Source: Eledone cirrhosa (lineage: Eukaryota). From it: a stretch of 64,000 bases of DNA. Under the pieces are notes generated by a model. That model was given only the letters and a program-made list of their open reading frames with translations. It made no database searches and was not told where the DNA came from. This document shows, piece after piece, positions 39,688-52,993 of this stretch (its first letter is position 1; each line of letters starts with the position of its first letter). The stretch covers positions 31,992,001-32,056,000 of the forward strand of contig OZ024753.1 in the NCBI GenBank assembly GCA_964016885.1, read 5' to 3'. The position numbers and the translations under genes are program-made.

Positions 39688-40295
39688 GGTGGCTGCCAAC
39701 TCGTTTTCGAGTACGGCCACTACTTTATATCCATGTAGGAGAACCCCTACCAATGCGCTGAACGAGTGTGACTTTTTAGTCCAGCCAGCGACTTGAAAAC
39801 TCTGGTACAAACACTACACTTGTAACAATTATTGACACATAGTGCTGGGCCCATGGTACCATGTGACGACAAGTGCAGAGAGATCTCCAGATACAAAGCA
39901 ATGCCTGTGCCGTGATGCTTTTATAGTGAGAAAAGGCACTGCACAAAGCCAGTCCCACTCTCTTAACCAAGATGATATTTACCAAAAAGAAGAACAAGTC
40001 ATCATCATTAGATACCATCAGGGTTGCAGGTGTTATATCAGAGTTTTCCTTCTCCTTGAATTCTGCCTTGACAAAGGCTAAGGGGTCAGCTCTCCCGGTG
40101 ATTATGGATGGCCATTGACTCTTAAGAGCTCCTTTGCCCTTTGACAGGTTTTGTTTTTAGTCCTGCAGGATGTCCAAAGTCACCCTCCTCACCAAGAAAC
40201 CTTGGTGGGGTTGCCAGTTTAGTCGCCAACGACCCGACCATGGGACAGGTTGTACTGGGATACATGTTACCAGTAGCACCAACTGGTGACCTGAC
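39688..40295 (-). mobile_element. RTE-clade 5' fragment, second copy
   Basis: Duplicate of 37703-38200 with the same breakpoint GGTGGCTGCC, extending further 5'. Confidence 0.7.
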
Positions 40296-40466
40296 ATACA
40301 TATATATATATACATATATACATATAGATATATACTTATATATATACATATATATATATACTTATATATATATATATATATACATATAGATATATACATA
40401 TATATATACATATTTATATATACATATTACATATATATATATACATATATACATATAGATATATAC

Positions 40467-40497
<31 letters not shown>

Positions 40498-40540
40498 CAT
40501 ATATATATATACATATATATATATACATATATATATATAC

Positions 40541-40621
<81 letters not shown>

Positions 40622-41120
40622 CGCGAGTCCTTTGCTCCGTCATTTTTCCTTGATATTTGCTCCTTGCGCTCTCTCTGCTGTTGAGCACCATAAAGTGAAC
40701 AGTATAGGCTGCCATTTCTAGCAGCTTGTTCTGCTCATGCCACCGGTTACTGCCCGGTGCACACATTTCTCTTATGTCTACACGTGCGAACGTTGGTTTA
40801 CTTTAGTTCCCTCTAGTAGTGCGGACAATATCGACCTTCCACATGCTGATGACCCACCGTGCCGTATTGGAACCCACTAAAGTGGCGAAACATGCTCCTG
40901 GTGAGTGTGTACATGTGTGAGTGTGTGTAAGTGTGTACATGTGTAAGTGTGTACATGTGTGAGTGTGTACATGTGTGATTGAGGTGCGGATGGTTTATCA
41001 TTTCAATTTTATACTTTTAATTTTAATGTTTTACCAATGCCTCTAGTAGCTTATATTATCTTCACACTGGTGGTTTGAAATTCCTGTAATGAAAAACACA
41101 CTCTTCTCTGTCTTTCCCCT

Positions 41121-41127
41121 CTATATG

Positions 41128-41206
<79 letters not shown>

Positions 41207-41368
41207 CATATATGTATATACATATATATATATACATATATATATATACATATATATATATACATATATATATATACATATATGTATATACATATATATA
41301 TATACATATATGTATATACATATATATATATACATATATATATATACATATATGTATATACATATATG

Positions 41369-41402
<34 letters not shown>

Positions 41403-41417
41403 CATATATATATATAC

Positions 41418-41482
<65 letters not shown>

Positions 41483-41519
41483 CATATATATATATACATA
41501 TATATATATATGTATATAC

Positions 41520-41566
<47 letters not shown>

Positions 41567-41843
41567 TGTATATACATATATATATATACATATATGTACA
41601 TATATATATATATACATATATGTACATATATATATATATACATATATGTACATATATATATATATATACATATATGTACATATATATATATATACATATA
41701 TGTACATATATATATATATACATATATGTATATATATACATATATGTACATATATATACATATATATACATATACATACATATATATACATATATACATA
41801 TATATACATATATACATATATATACATATACATATACATATAC

Positions 41844-41886
<43 letters not shown>

Positions 41887-41991
41887 TATACATATATATA
41901 CATATATATACATATACATATATACATATATATACACATATATACATATATATACATATATATACATATATATATACACATATATATATAC

Positions 41992-42022
<31 letters not shown>

Positions 42023-42040
42023 CATATATATATATGTATT

Positions 42041-42073
<33 letters not shown>

Positions 42074-42097
42074 ATAATCTGTATATATATATATACA
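41121..42097. repeat. (TA)n/TACA array
   Basis: Directly visible. Confidence 0.97.
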
Positions 42098-42901
42098 TCA
42101 TTTATGAGAAGAAAGACATGATATAAAAGATGTAAAGACATGGAAATATGAGTCGACAAATGATTGGAATAATAATGACAACATAGATATAGATATATAT
42201 TAAATATAGATTTTCACCGATAAGAACGCAGGATTTCGAAGAATCGTGAAGGGAAAAATTAAATAGACAAAACAGTTAATGACAAAGAAGCAATTAAATA
42301 TATCAACTTTTCTAACGAGATGTCTTCAGGGAGGAGGCGCAGGAAAATAAAGAGTAGTAGTAGCAGTGGCAGTAGTAGTAGTAGTGGCAATAGTAGTAGT
42401 ATTGGTGGTGGTGGTAGTAGTAGTGGTTGTGGTAGTAAAACAACAGCAGGAACCACAACGACGATAATAAAAATAAGAAGAAAATACGATAAAGAATAAG
42501 ATAAAGAAAGAAAAGGATGCCGAAGAAGACGATGAAGAAATAATAAAAGAAAAAATTTAAAAAGAAGAAAAGAAGACGAAAAAGAAGAAAACTATAGAAG
42601 ATGAGAAGACGACGAATATGAAATAGAAGAAGAATTAGAGAGTAAAGGAAAAAGAAGAAAAAAGAAGAAGAAAAAAGAGGAAGAAGAAGAAAAAGAATAT
42701 AAAGGGAAAAAAGAGGGAAAAAAGAGGCAGAAAAGCAAAAGAAATACGACTCCTTCGCCCCCAAAATACCCAAGAAAACCAGGTCGTTATTGTCCATAGT
42801 CAAGATTAAAGACAATTGCTCCCTCTTGAAATAACGTAATGAACTTTTACTTAACACTTCATTGAATTAATATGGCCAAGTTTGTTGTAATTATTATTAA
42901 T

Positions 42902-43090
42902 CGGTGGATTGGCAGAATCGGTAGAGCGTCGGACACACTGCTTCGCAGCCTAGAGTTACGTCCCTTTATGTTCTGAGTTCAAATCCCGCCGAGGTTAAGT
43001 TTAGTTTTCATCCTTACGGGGTTGATAAAATAAAGTACCAGTAATACACTGGGATAATTATTGGCCTTGTGCCCAAAATAGAAACAATCT
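42902..43090 (+). mobile_element. Nin-domain SINE
   Basis: TGGCAGAATCGG A box, GAGTTCAAATCC B box, Nin core and tail. Confidence 0.88.
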
Positions 43091-43292
43091 AGACTATAAT
43101 AAGGTAAGGAGTGCGGGACAGCGTCCAAATTATTTTTTTTTTATCCCGTTTGTAAAATAGGTTGGATTACTTTGAATAAATAATGAATGAATATTACATA
43201 ATTTATCTACTAAATTTCGTTATTCTTGATTTAAATATAAATCATTGTGTCGCTTATTTTAGACCGAAGGGGGATTTTTTCTGTTAGTTATT

Positions 43293-43676
43293 AATAATTG
43301 TTTCTACTTTAGGCACAAGGCCAGCAATTACCCAGTGCATTACTGGTACTTTATTTTATCGACCCCGTAAGGATGAAAGGCAAAGTCAACCTCGGCGGGA
43401 TTTGAACTCAGATCGTAAATGGACATAACTATGCTGGAAAGTATGGCGTCCGACCCTCTACCAATACTGCCAATATTTCTGATTTATGCACAAGGCCAAC
43501 ACTTTTCATGGGGGGAAGGAGCAAGAGCAAGCCGATTAAATCACCCCAGTGCGTTACTGATACTTTATTTTATCGATCCTATAAGGAAAGCGGGATTTGA
43601 ACTTAGAAAGGACCGTAATTTTCTGCCGGGAAGTTGGGTGTCCGGCGCTCTACCGACACTGCTAATCCACCGCCCT
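43293..43676 (-). mobile_element. Two tandem Nin-domain SINEs
   Basis: Two SINE bodies on minus strand. Confidence 0.82.
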
Positions 43677-43690
43677 TATTATATAATGAT

Positions 43691-44046
43691 TTCTTTATTA
43701 ACCACAAGGGTTTACATAAAGTAGACATTAAGGACAATACAGGATGGTACAAATGGACATTTCTGCGTGTAAAAACAAAAACAGAAGATGTAACAAAAAA
43801 TAACAATGTAAAATTCCCCAATAGGGGGGAGACTTCCGAGGGACATTTGTGGAGAAAGCCCAGTAAAAGGCCACAGTGACCCTGACCACCAAGGCAAGTG
43901 CCCTCTCCCAGTTTTCCACCTTTAATTTACAGATACGTACTCAGAGTAGGCCCATTCACTCGGGCCATTCTTGCTTCTCTCACCCATCTTTCAACAAAAT
44001 GCTGGGAAGAGAGCACTTCCCTCTCTACTCTGATTTTCCTTTTCAA
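43691..44046 (-). mobile_element. 5'-truncated Tx1 relative with 22-bp TSD
   Basis: KRKIRVEREVLSSQHFVERWVREARMARVNGPTL matches the ORF2 C-terminus; ACCGCCCTTATTATATAATGAT at 43669-43690 and 44047-44068. Confidence 0.9.
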
Positions 44047-44077
44047 ACCGCCCTTATTATATAATGATAACAATTTA

Positions 44078-44232
44078 TGGCGGTGGATTGGCAGTATCGG
44101 TCGAGCGTTAGATATGTTTTGCAGCATATAATTACGATAAAATAAAGTCCCAGTAATACACTGGCTCAATTTAATCGACTTCCCCCACCCAAACAATTAT
44201 TGGCCTTGTGGCTAAATCTGAAAATATTATTG
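44078..44232 (+). mobile_element. Internally deleted Nin-domain SINE
   Basis: Head and tail present, middle missing. Confidence 0.7.
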
Positions 44233-45726
44233 ATAATGATGATGGAGGGTGAACGTCAGACAACGTGCTTTGCGGCATATAGTTACTGCCCTGTATGTTC
44301 CGAGTTCAAACTAAAATCAATTTAGAGGTTGACATAATTTTATTTGAGAGAGAGAGAGGGTGGAAGGGGGGGGGGGGTAGAGAGAGATGTATGGAAGGAG
44401 GAAAAGCAAAGGGGACTTCAGCGGAATATAAACTCATAGCCTAGAGAGCAGGAACAATTATTCAGCAGTTTAACAACTCTGCCAAATCAACGACTTCGGT
44501 GGAACACGGTGATAATTCACTTCAAGTTGAAGATTAGTTGAAAATTAGAGACTTTTATACTTTTTTCAAAGGAATGACCACTTGCATTGTACATTAAAAT
44601 GAGAACCGATTCTGATGTGATTAAAGAAAACGTCGTTTAGTTAGAGTTTCAATGCATATTTTGTATATAAACTCGTTATTTATTATTGCTATGTTGAAGC
44701 GAAGTTAAACGAAGATAACAGTAATTTATAGTACATAAGCCCTCCACTGAGAAGTCTTTGTGATTAATTAAAATAAAGTTGCATTAGACCGAGATAAATA
44801 ACAAATAACATGGTGGGTTAGGTGGTTGCGATAAAACAGATAAGAAACTGTATATAGTATCTGGGTCAAGAGAGAAGGGCGAATAAAAACAAATCAACAA
44901 ACAATTGCTATTTGTTTAAATATATTCAAATGCAAGGACGGTTGTATGATTAACGAGTTTTGCTTTTGATTTCGATGGGATGAGAGCACAGAGCTCAGAG
45001 AGCAAGAACAGATATTTAACATTCTAGTGAGTCTACCAAATCGATTGCATCGACAAGGTGATAATTCGTTTTAAGTGATGAATGTCACTTGAAAATTACA
45101 GGAATGACCACTAACACTAGCCATTAAAAGGAGAGCAGAATCTGGTGTGATTAAAGCACGAGTTGTTTATTTAAAGGTTTAATGCATTTTTAGTATATAG
45201 ATTGTATTTTCTCTTTTCATTACGTTGAAGTGAAGTTGAACTAAGATAACTGTAATTTACAGCACATAAAAAAACACAGAAACCTTAGAGATTAATTAAA
45301 ATAAAGTTGTTTTATGCCGAGATAAAAGAAGACATTATAGAGAGGTTGATGTATGTAATAAAAACAGATAAGAAATCGCAGATGTATTGTCGTTACTGGG
45401 TCAATAGAGAAATACAAATTTTCAAACGCAAGCATGTTTGTGAAGGTAAGGATCTCGCTTTGCAACTACATGGTTTTAAGTTCATATATACACGCATAGG
45501 TAATCTTGAGCCAATCATACGCGAAATGCGCGTAACAGGTCGATACTCTATAAAAACATAAATATATGTAAACAAAATTTCATCGTTTTTCCTTATATAT
45601 ATATAGTGGTAGAACACTGGAAGGTAATATCCGTAGTGGTAGAGCACTCAGTCCATGGGACGAGTTAGGTAGAAGTGGTAACACAACAGGTACTTCACCA
45701 TACCGAGAACAATTGTTTGACCTTAG

Positions 45727-45764
45727 CGAGCTGAGGATCCGTTAAGGTGAAACAATTGTTTTCG
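45727..45764 (+). ncRNA. Type I hammerhead motif at the centre of foldback 45670-45798
   Basis: CGAG-CTGAGGA-TCC(gttaa)GGT-GAAA-CAATTG-TT-TTCG; palindromic stem III, weak stem II. Confidence 0.7.
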
Positions 45765-45793
45765 GTATGGTGAACTAACTGTTGTGTAACCAC

Positions 45794-45852
<59 letters not shown>

Positions 45853-46784
45853 CGTATTATTGACGAATATGAGAAAAAGTACTCAATAGTGAAATACAGT
45901 TTACATATTCATTTATTATAGCTTAGTGATGAGCCTTGTTACTCTGGAATTGCACCTGCGCACTCGTAAGATCACCAGACAATATAATGTGTGTGTGTGT
46001 GTGTGTGTATGTACTTATAGTGTGCATCTATCATTATGTGTGTGTCAGTTTTTATGTCCCGTGACCTAGCGGTTCAACAAAAAAAAAAGAGATTGATAGA
46101 ATAAGAACGAAACTTGAAAACCATAAATATCAAGAACGATGTGATAAACTAAATCATTTCAAGGCGGTGCCCCAGAAGGGCCACGATCTGCTGGCTGGAA
46201 CAACAAAAGAATACTCTTGTATTATGTACATCAACCACACACTATTTTCACCTCAGCTTTTCAGGCCATCTCATTATTGCTTTGAGTCCAATAGTCGAGG
46301 CAGTTACAAATCACTTTATTTCAAATAGGGTTCAGAGACAATATATAAGTGAAGCCCGCCACCAACACCACCTCCCTCCTCCACCAAAGCCACCTCTCAT
46401 TTGAGTAGCAAACGTCTTCTAGTTAAGTAATTCAGTTACATTCAAAAATCTAATTCTACATTGAGAGAGAGAGAGAAAGAGAAAAAAACTTCTCAGACGA
46501 GATAAATCAACAGGAATCCACACAAACAAATATTTTAGTGGATAAACGGGAGATTAGGGTGGAAATATCGGTGGTAACTGATTTATTAATACAATATGTT
46601 TTTTCTCCTTCCTTTCAAAAGAAACGAAAAATAAAATGGGTGTTTTGTATTCGAATATTTATAAAATGATTTATGAGTAAAAGTAATAGACATTTTGCTT
46701 GGTATACGATATATTGTCAAATAGCTTTCACTATCAAATACAATATCTGAACTACTTTAGCTAGATGACTGATTTCTCTATATA

Positions 46785-46846
<62 letters not shown>

Positions 46847-46858
46847 GTGTGTGTAGAC

Positions 46859-46918
<60 letters not shown>

Positions 46919-46997
46919 ATACATATATATATTTATATGTGTGTGTAGACATATACATATATATATGTATGTGTGTGTAGACATATACATATACATA

Positions 46998-47158
46998 TAC
47001 ATGGACACACTGGAAGAGGAAGACCAAGGTTAACGTATGTTGATGCCCTAAGGACAGACACTGCTCTGTTGGAGACGCAGGACATGGCAGCGATAATGAG
47101 GGACAGAGACCGCTGGAGAGAACTCGTCCATGGATCTCGGGAATTTTACCTGCCCTAG
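46998..47158 (+). mobile_element. RTE LINE 3' end embedded in (TA)n
   Basis: [39 protein letters not shown]; near-identical to 39319-39478. Confidence 0.85.
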
Positions 47159-47272
47159 AAAATATATATATATATGTGTGTGTGTGTAAAAGGAAAACAG
47201 AAATAACAAATCAAGCGACGCCGTACAATATATACACACCAATCTATCTACCTATTTTTCTATCTATATAGA

Positions 47273-47838
47273 CTATTGTCGCGGGTGGGACCAATCCGGT
47301 TGACCAACGATCTAACAGTCATGATCTAACAGCCACCCTCCTTCAAAAACGAAGCAGAGGCGGTTTTCCTTTGTGTGATAGCTATGGCGAAAGAGGTTGT
47401 ATGGTGGACAAGGTTGAAAGGGCTGAGGTCAGACACCTTTCTCTCCGGCCAACAACTGATTCTTTTTTTCAAATACCACTTTGGAAGAAGAATCAGGATG
47501 GAGAGAGAGGTGCTGCACCCCAGCAAGTTTTATGAAAGGTGGGTGAAAGTGGCGAGAATGGCCCGAGTGAATGGGCCTTCTCTCTATATCAGCCTTTTAG
47601 GTTGAGGAAAAGGAGGAGGAGAGGAAAGGAGTACAAACTCTTCGTACTCCTGGAGATGATGGTTGCACATTTTTTCGGGGGTCTGTGTTACCCATATGAA
47701 CTGTCTCTCCATTTTGGGGAAAATCGACTAATTTTTTAAATTACATTTGTGATAACATTTTACACGTGTTTATTGTATGTAAACTTTCCCCTTTGTATTT
47801 GTCCCCTTCTTTTGTGCCCCTGTGGCTAATAAAGAAAC
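47273..47838 (+). mobile_element. 5'-truncated Tx1 copy (ORF2 C-terminus + 3' UTR)
   Basis: LLSRVGPIRLT...AMAKEVVWWTRLKGLRSDTFLSGQQL; ends AATAAAGAAAC; preceded by degenerate TATC repeats. Confidence 0.9.
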
Positions 47839-48479
47839 ACGCTTACAAACACAGACACACACGTTTGTATAGGAATACGCTCGTAAATTTATACGTACAT
47901 AAAGGAACACGTACATAGAAATATACACATAAACGTACATATGTATAAGCACACACATACATGTACACACACAATATATTCACGTATATACAAATATATA
48001 CACACATATGTGTATACGTTATATAGACATATACATACGCATTAGATATTTTGCCTAAAATTGCAATAAACAAACTGTTTTCACCCTCTAACAATATTCT
48101 AGTGTCATGTTGGTTAAGTGGATAATTGTGTTGAGACTGAGATTCAAATACAAATAAGTTTTACCAAATACAGTAGGTGCCAATGTATACACGCACACAC
48201 ACACATATGTGTGTGTGTATGCGCGTGCGTGTATATATATCTAAGTATACAGAAATACATATATATGTGTATATATTAAATCATATATATATATATATAT
48301 AATTTATCGGTCTTTTACTACATATATATACTTAGAAATATGACACGTTCGCTTTCTTAAAAGTCTGTGGACAGAAATCCAGTGTTTATGTATAATAAAC
48401 ATACGAGAGTCTTGCTATGAATTTCATACACAAAAACCATATAGGCTTTATTCTAAGTATTTTGTCTCAGCAAAGTGTC

Positions 48480-48808
48480 AATAAACCCTTTAGTCACGAA
48501 TGACTTGCATCTAGAAAGTTCATTCACCGAAGTACAAGTCCGTGCAAGGTTGTTTGTGGAAAAGCAACAGCCGCCCATACAAACCAGTCTCTTCTCACCA
48601 CGCCATCAGCATTGTCTAAGAGAAAGGCAAACGTTATACATCTTGGCACCAGTGAATGTCGCAATTCATTTCTACAACTGAGTAAGGTGGAGCAACATGA
48701 AATAAAGTGCCTTGCTCAAGGACAGAACACACCGTCCCCTTATCGAACTCGAACTCAAAATTGCACGATTGTAAGCACAACACTCTGACCACTAAGCTAT
48801 ATGCCTTT
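48480..48808 (-). mobile_element. tRNA-derived SINE, second family
   Basis: Minus strand: TAGCTTAGTGG A box, GAGTTCGA B box, CCTTGAGCAAGGCACTT core; 3' boundary uncertain. Confidence 0.65.
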
Positions 48809-49116
48809 TCTTAGTAGCGATGGAATACCTAGCTCGACTTCTAAATTTTAGACTGGTATTCGCCTTCAGTTACATAGAGGGAGAGGAGTGGAGAACGACG
48901 CTAGCAAACGTACCTTCAGTAATTAAAGTTGCTAGAGAAACAAACGAGTAGAACACGTATAAAGCAAAAACAAAAGGAAGAAAAACAATAAACCAAAATA
49001 AAATTTCGAGTTAATAAAGTCAGTGGGATTTGATTAATTCGTGAAAAGAATGGGGAAATCAAAATAAGAAACCTGGTGGAGAAGAATCTTCAGTGTGGTA
49101 AATAAACAGGAGGCAT

Positions 49117-49170
<54 letters not shown>

Positions 49171-50004
49171 GTATGTATATATATAATTACAGACACACAC
49201 GCATATATATATATATATATATATATATACTTAGAAATATAGGTTCACATGCTTATATATATATTATGCACGCATACATAATACACATAAATACACACAC
49301 ACATATATATATTGTTTCAAACTTCCAGCATATAATTTTGTAATCATAAATAACACTATAAAATACAAATATTGTTTAGTAAAAAGATAGAAAAACAAAA
49401 TGGTGGCAATATAGGATGTTTTGTCAGTCTAATTATATTCAGCTTCTGAAACAGTGTTTTGTCTATTTTCACTTGTTTTAATCAATATACATTAGTTATA
49501 ACTTTAACTTCAGCTCCATTAATGTTTCTATGGTTGGATGTAGAGGAAAATTTGGTGACAAACAATCGAGTATTTTAGTAGCTGAATATAGAGCAGCATT
49601 TTATCAGCATTTTCTAAACTAATAGATAATAGATATCTTTAACTGTCTCTCTCACACACATATACATATATATATATATATATATATATGCTGCTGAGGT
49701 TCAATATATAATGTGTTTTTGCCTTGGCTGGGATTAACTAGTAGTGCTATTGGTAATATCATTGTTCTATCATTGATCTATATTGCGGGCGGAAATAAAT
49801 TGCGTTCTTCAGTAAAGAACCTTGTATTTGCATTTTAACCAACGTCCCAATTTTGCACTGATTTGTAAACTATTCTAAACTCAGTTAACAATAAATGGCT
49901 ACATTACATTTCTCATCTTGACGCTACATTTGTTTTGTTTCCCCACGAAATTCCTTCAAAATAATAAACTTAGTTAAGGTGTTATACAGTAAAAATCAAG
50001 ACAC

Positions 50005-50220
50005 TAGATTGACAGAGTCGTTACGGCGTCAAACAAAAGGCTTTGCGATATCTAGCTACTATTTTCTGCGTTCTGAGATGAAATTTTGCCGAGGTCAACT
50101 TTGCCTTTCATCATTCCGAGGTCGATAAAATAAAGTACCAATCGCATACTGATGTTGATGTAATCGACTTTCCCCGCCTCACAATTTGCTGGCCTTATGC
50201 CATCGCTAAAAACAATTATA
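50005..50220 (+). mobile_element. Diverged Nin-domain SINE
   Basis: GCCTTTCATCATTCCGAGGTCGATAAAATAAAGTACC core and tail. Confidence 0.8.
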
Positions 50221-51349
50221 CAACGCAAATCTAATCTTGTATTTTTACAACCTTTATTTGCTTCTACCTAAAAATATTGAAAGCGGCAAAGTAGTCTTTG
50301 ATTGTAAAAAAGCTGCCCTGAATTAGTATCATTTTTGTTTGTATAATAAATTTATAATTTCATTTTTACATTTCATTGCAAATTAACTTTGTAGTAGCGA
50401 CCTTCGATTTCGCAGTGAAATGCTTTATGGTTAACAGTAACATGTTTTCTCCATTTATCATAAAATATCATGACAATCAAGTAATTAACGATATAAAAAA
50501 TAGCACAGCAAATAATGTATTTTTTTTCCCGTCATAGAAACCATTCATTAGAGAGTTGGGGAAATAGCAATCATATTTTTCAACCAAATTTATTAGTAAT
50601 CTTTCAAAATATTATTTCTATTATTTTTTAACGAAACATGAAATAAAATATTTGTAATTTTAAAAATGTTGGGTAAAGTAAAGGGGTAATAGAATTATAA
50701 ATTATTCATTCTTTCTTTCTCCCACCTTTCGTAACGCTTTCATTCATTCACATATTTATTCCAACACCAGCAGCAAAACGTCTAACATGTTATTCTGTTT
50801 TGATATTATTTTGATATCTCGCCGTCCTGTTATGTTATTTTATCACATTACTGTAAACCACACATAAATGCAATTACTAAAATATTCAAAATACCTAGTT
50901 TTCCACTTTGTTTTTGTCTCTGTTTATTTTTGTCATCTATCTCTTCCAACTCAAAGTGTCATCCATTAAACTTATTTTTTATCTCCATAACTTCATTCGT
51001 TTTTAGAGACAAAATAGTTGACAGGATAAGGATAGAAACTAAGACATATGATTAACCCACATTAGTATTATCGAATACGAAAGCCATGACAAGTCAACGT
51101 TGATAACATCTACAAAGAATGGTATAAAAACTCATATCGCTAAGAGAGACAAATAATAATATAACTAACCCATAATCTTGTTGACTAAGAAAGACATGAT
51201 TATCCAAAATATCATTTTCTTCACAAAATATAAAAAACTTGTAGCAACTGCAACTACCTCCCTCAAAACAGTAACAGCATGATTAAATAATAATTCACCG
51301 AAGTTTATTGATTTCAACAACGAGAAAAACACTCACAATGGAATATAGA

Positions 51350-51700
51350 TGCGCACATGACCATATGGTGAAGGAGTTCCTTTAGAAACCAGGTGGTTTC
51401 GGGGTTAGTCACTCCGTGGCACCTTGGGCAAGTGTCTTCTACTATAGCCTCGGGTTGGTTGTCCAATGCTTTTTGCGTGAGATTCGGTAGCCGGAAACCG
51501 TGATATATATATATATAATGCGTGTGCGTAAGTATATATATGTGTGAGTACATGTCTGTGTTTATGCCAGTAATATAAAAGAAAGAGTTCGATCAAATAT
51601 GTACCAGGTTTGAAAAAGAAAATAAATGAATGATCGACTAAACCCATTGAAGGTAATGTCCCAGCATGACCGCAGACTAATGACTGAAAACAATAATAAA
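51350..51700 (+). mobile_element. CORE-type tRNA-derived SINE with internal microsatellite
   Basis: ACCTTGGGCAAGTGTCTTCTACTATAGCCTCGGG core; tail resembles 46060-46210. Confidence 0.7.
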
Positions 51701-52517
51701 ATAATAGATGAACATCTACTAAACAGAAATATGGCGCCTACTTTATTGTTCTTGTGAAATATAATAAAACCTTACAATAGATTCAGCAAAGAATACAAGC
51801 TTGGCAGCTTCAGTGTACGATTACTATTTTAAAAGTTACACTGCTGAGGACATAACAATTATTACTAAATAGAATTTCATGTTTAATTTCCATAGTATGA
51901 TAAAACAAAAAAAATGTTTCTTAGTTCTACATGAAACAGTTTGATTTATTGAATGTTAAAAGAAATATTTCTTAGCATGAATTCAGTTTTCTTTAACCAT
52001 TTTGGTACCAGCCTGACTATAATCCAGCTGTGATTCTATGGGATAAAACCACCCAATTTAAAGCGTTCCTATTTCATTTAAAATCTTCCAACATAAATTT
52101 GATTAAGAGCCATATGTGAAGTTACTATCTTAGCAATGGAACTAATAATTTCAGTAAGTCTTCTATATCATTTACAAAGCAACCAAAGAAAATAAAACAA
52201 AGTTTAATTGATTGATTGGTTGGTTCTTCCAAACCGTCTGTGTTAAAAGAGGAAAGATAGAATTGTTTTGAAGTACTATATACGTATATTCTGGCGGCGA
52301 ATATGCAGAGCCGTTAGAACTTCGGATAGAGTACTTTGTGGTTTTCGATCCTGCTCTTAGTTACCTATTTACTCACTGAGTAAATAGGTAAATATTTCTT
52401 TATCTTATTTACGTTTCCCAAATACATTTTTTAATGCTCTGAATAATTGACTTTTATTAATTCTCTCATCGAGTCAAACTTGTATTTGTCGGAGCCCCTC
52501 ATCTATATGTATATACT

Positions 52518-52574
<57 letters not shown>

Positions 52575-52888
52575 GTATATATAATGTATACAAACATACA
52601 CACACATATATGACTATATATATATATTTACGTTTGCTGTTTGATTATGTTCCGTAGCATAGCAGTTCGATGAAAATAAATCAATTAAAATGCTGAACTT
52701 CAGAAAAATAAATATAAGTACTGGCTTTGGATTTGATCGAATGAATAGGTTCAGGCTAATGTCTCAATGATGGAAACCAGTAAAATAATAAAGGAACGGA
52801 AAGGTGCTTTCCATTGATGAAGAAATACTTTAAAAATAAAGATAAAAAATTGAAAATTAGAAAGAAAATGTAAGTAGATGCAACTTAC

Positions 52889-52993
52889 TTGCAAACTGCC
52901 TTTGGGGCAGTATTCAGTAAGAATAGATTGGTTTGGTAAGTCGAGGCAGACTCCCACAAAACGTACGATATGGTCATTGACGACATCCTTAAT
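52889..52993 (-). CDS. Internal exon of a receptor guanylyl cyclase (natriuretic peptide receptor-like), kinase-homology domain
   Basis: [35 protein letters not shown]; acceptor TCTTCTTTTATTTCAG, donor GTAAGT; 105 bp, phase 0-0. Confidence 0.93.

Noticed and set aside
40195-40295. HDV-like ribozyme at the RTE 5' end
   Set aside because: P4-like, ACUAA and P2-like pieces are visible on the minus strand, but I could not build P1 and P3 with correct topology
51165-51225. Next guanylyl cyclase exon (DILDN...)
   Set aside because: No acceptor AG at the right position and the following residues do not match LDWMF
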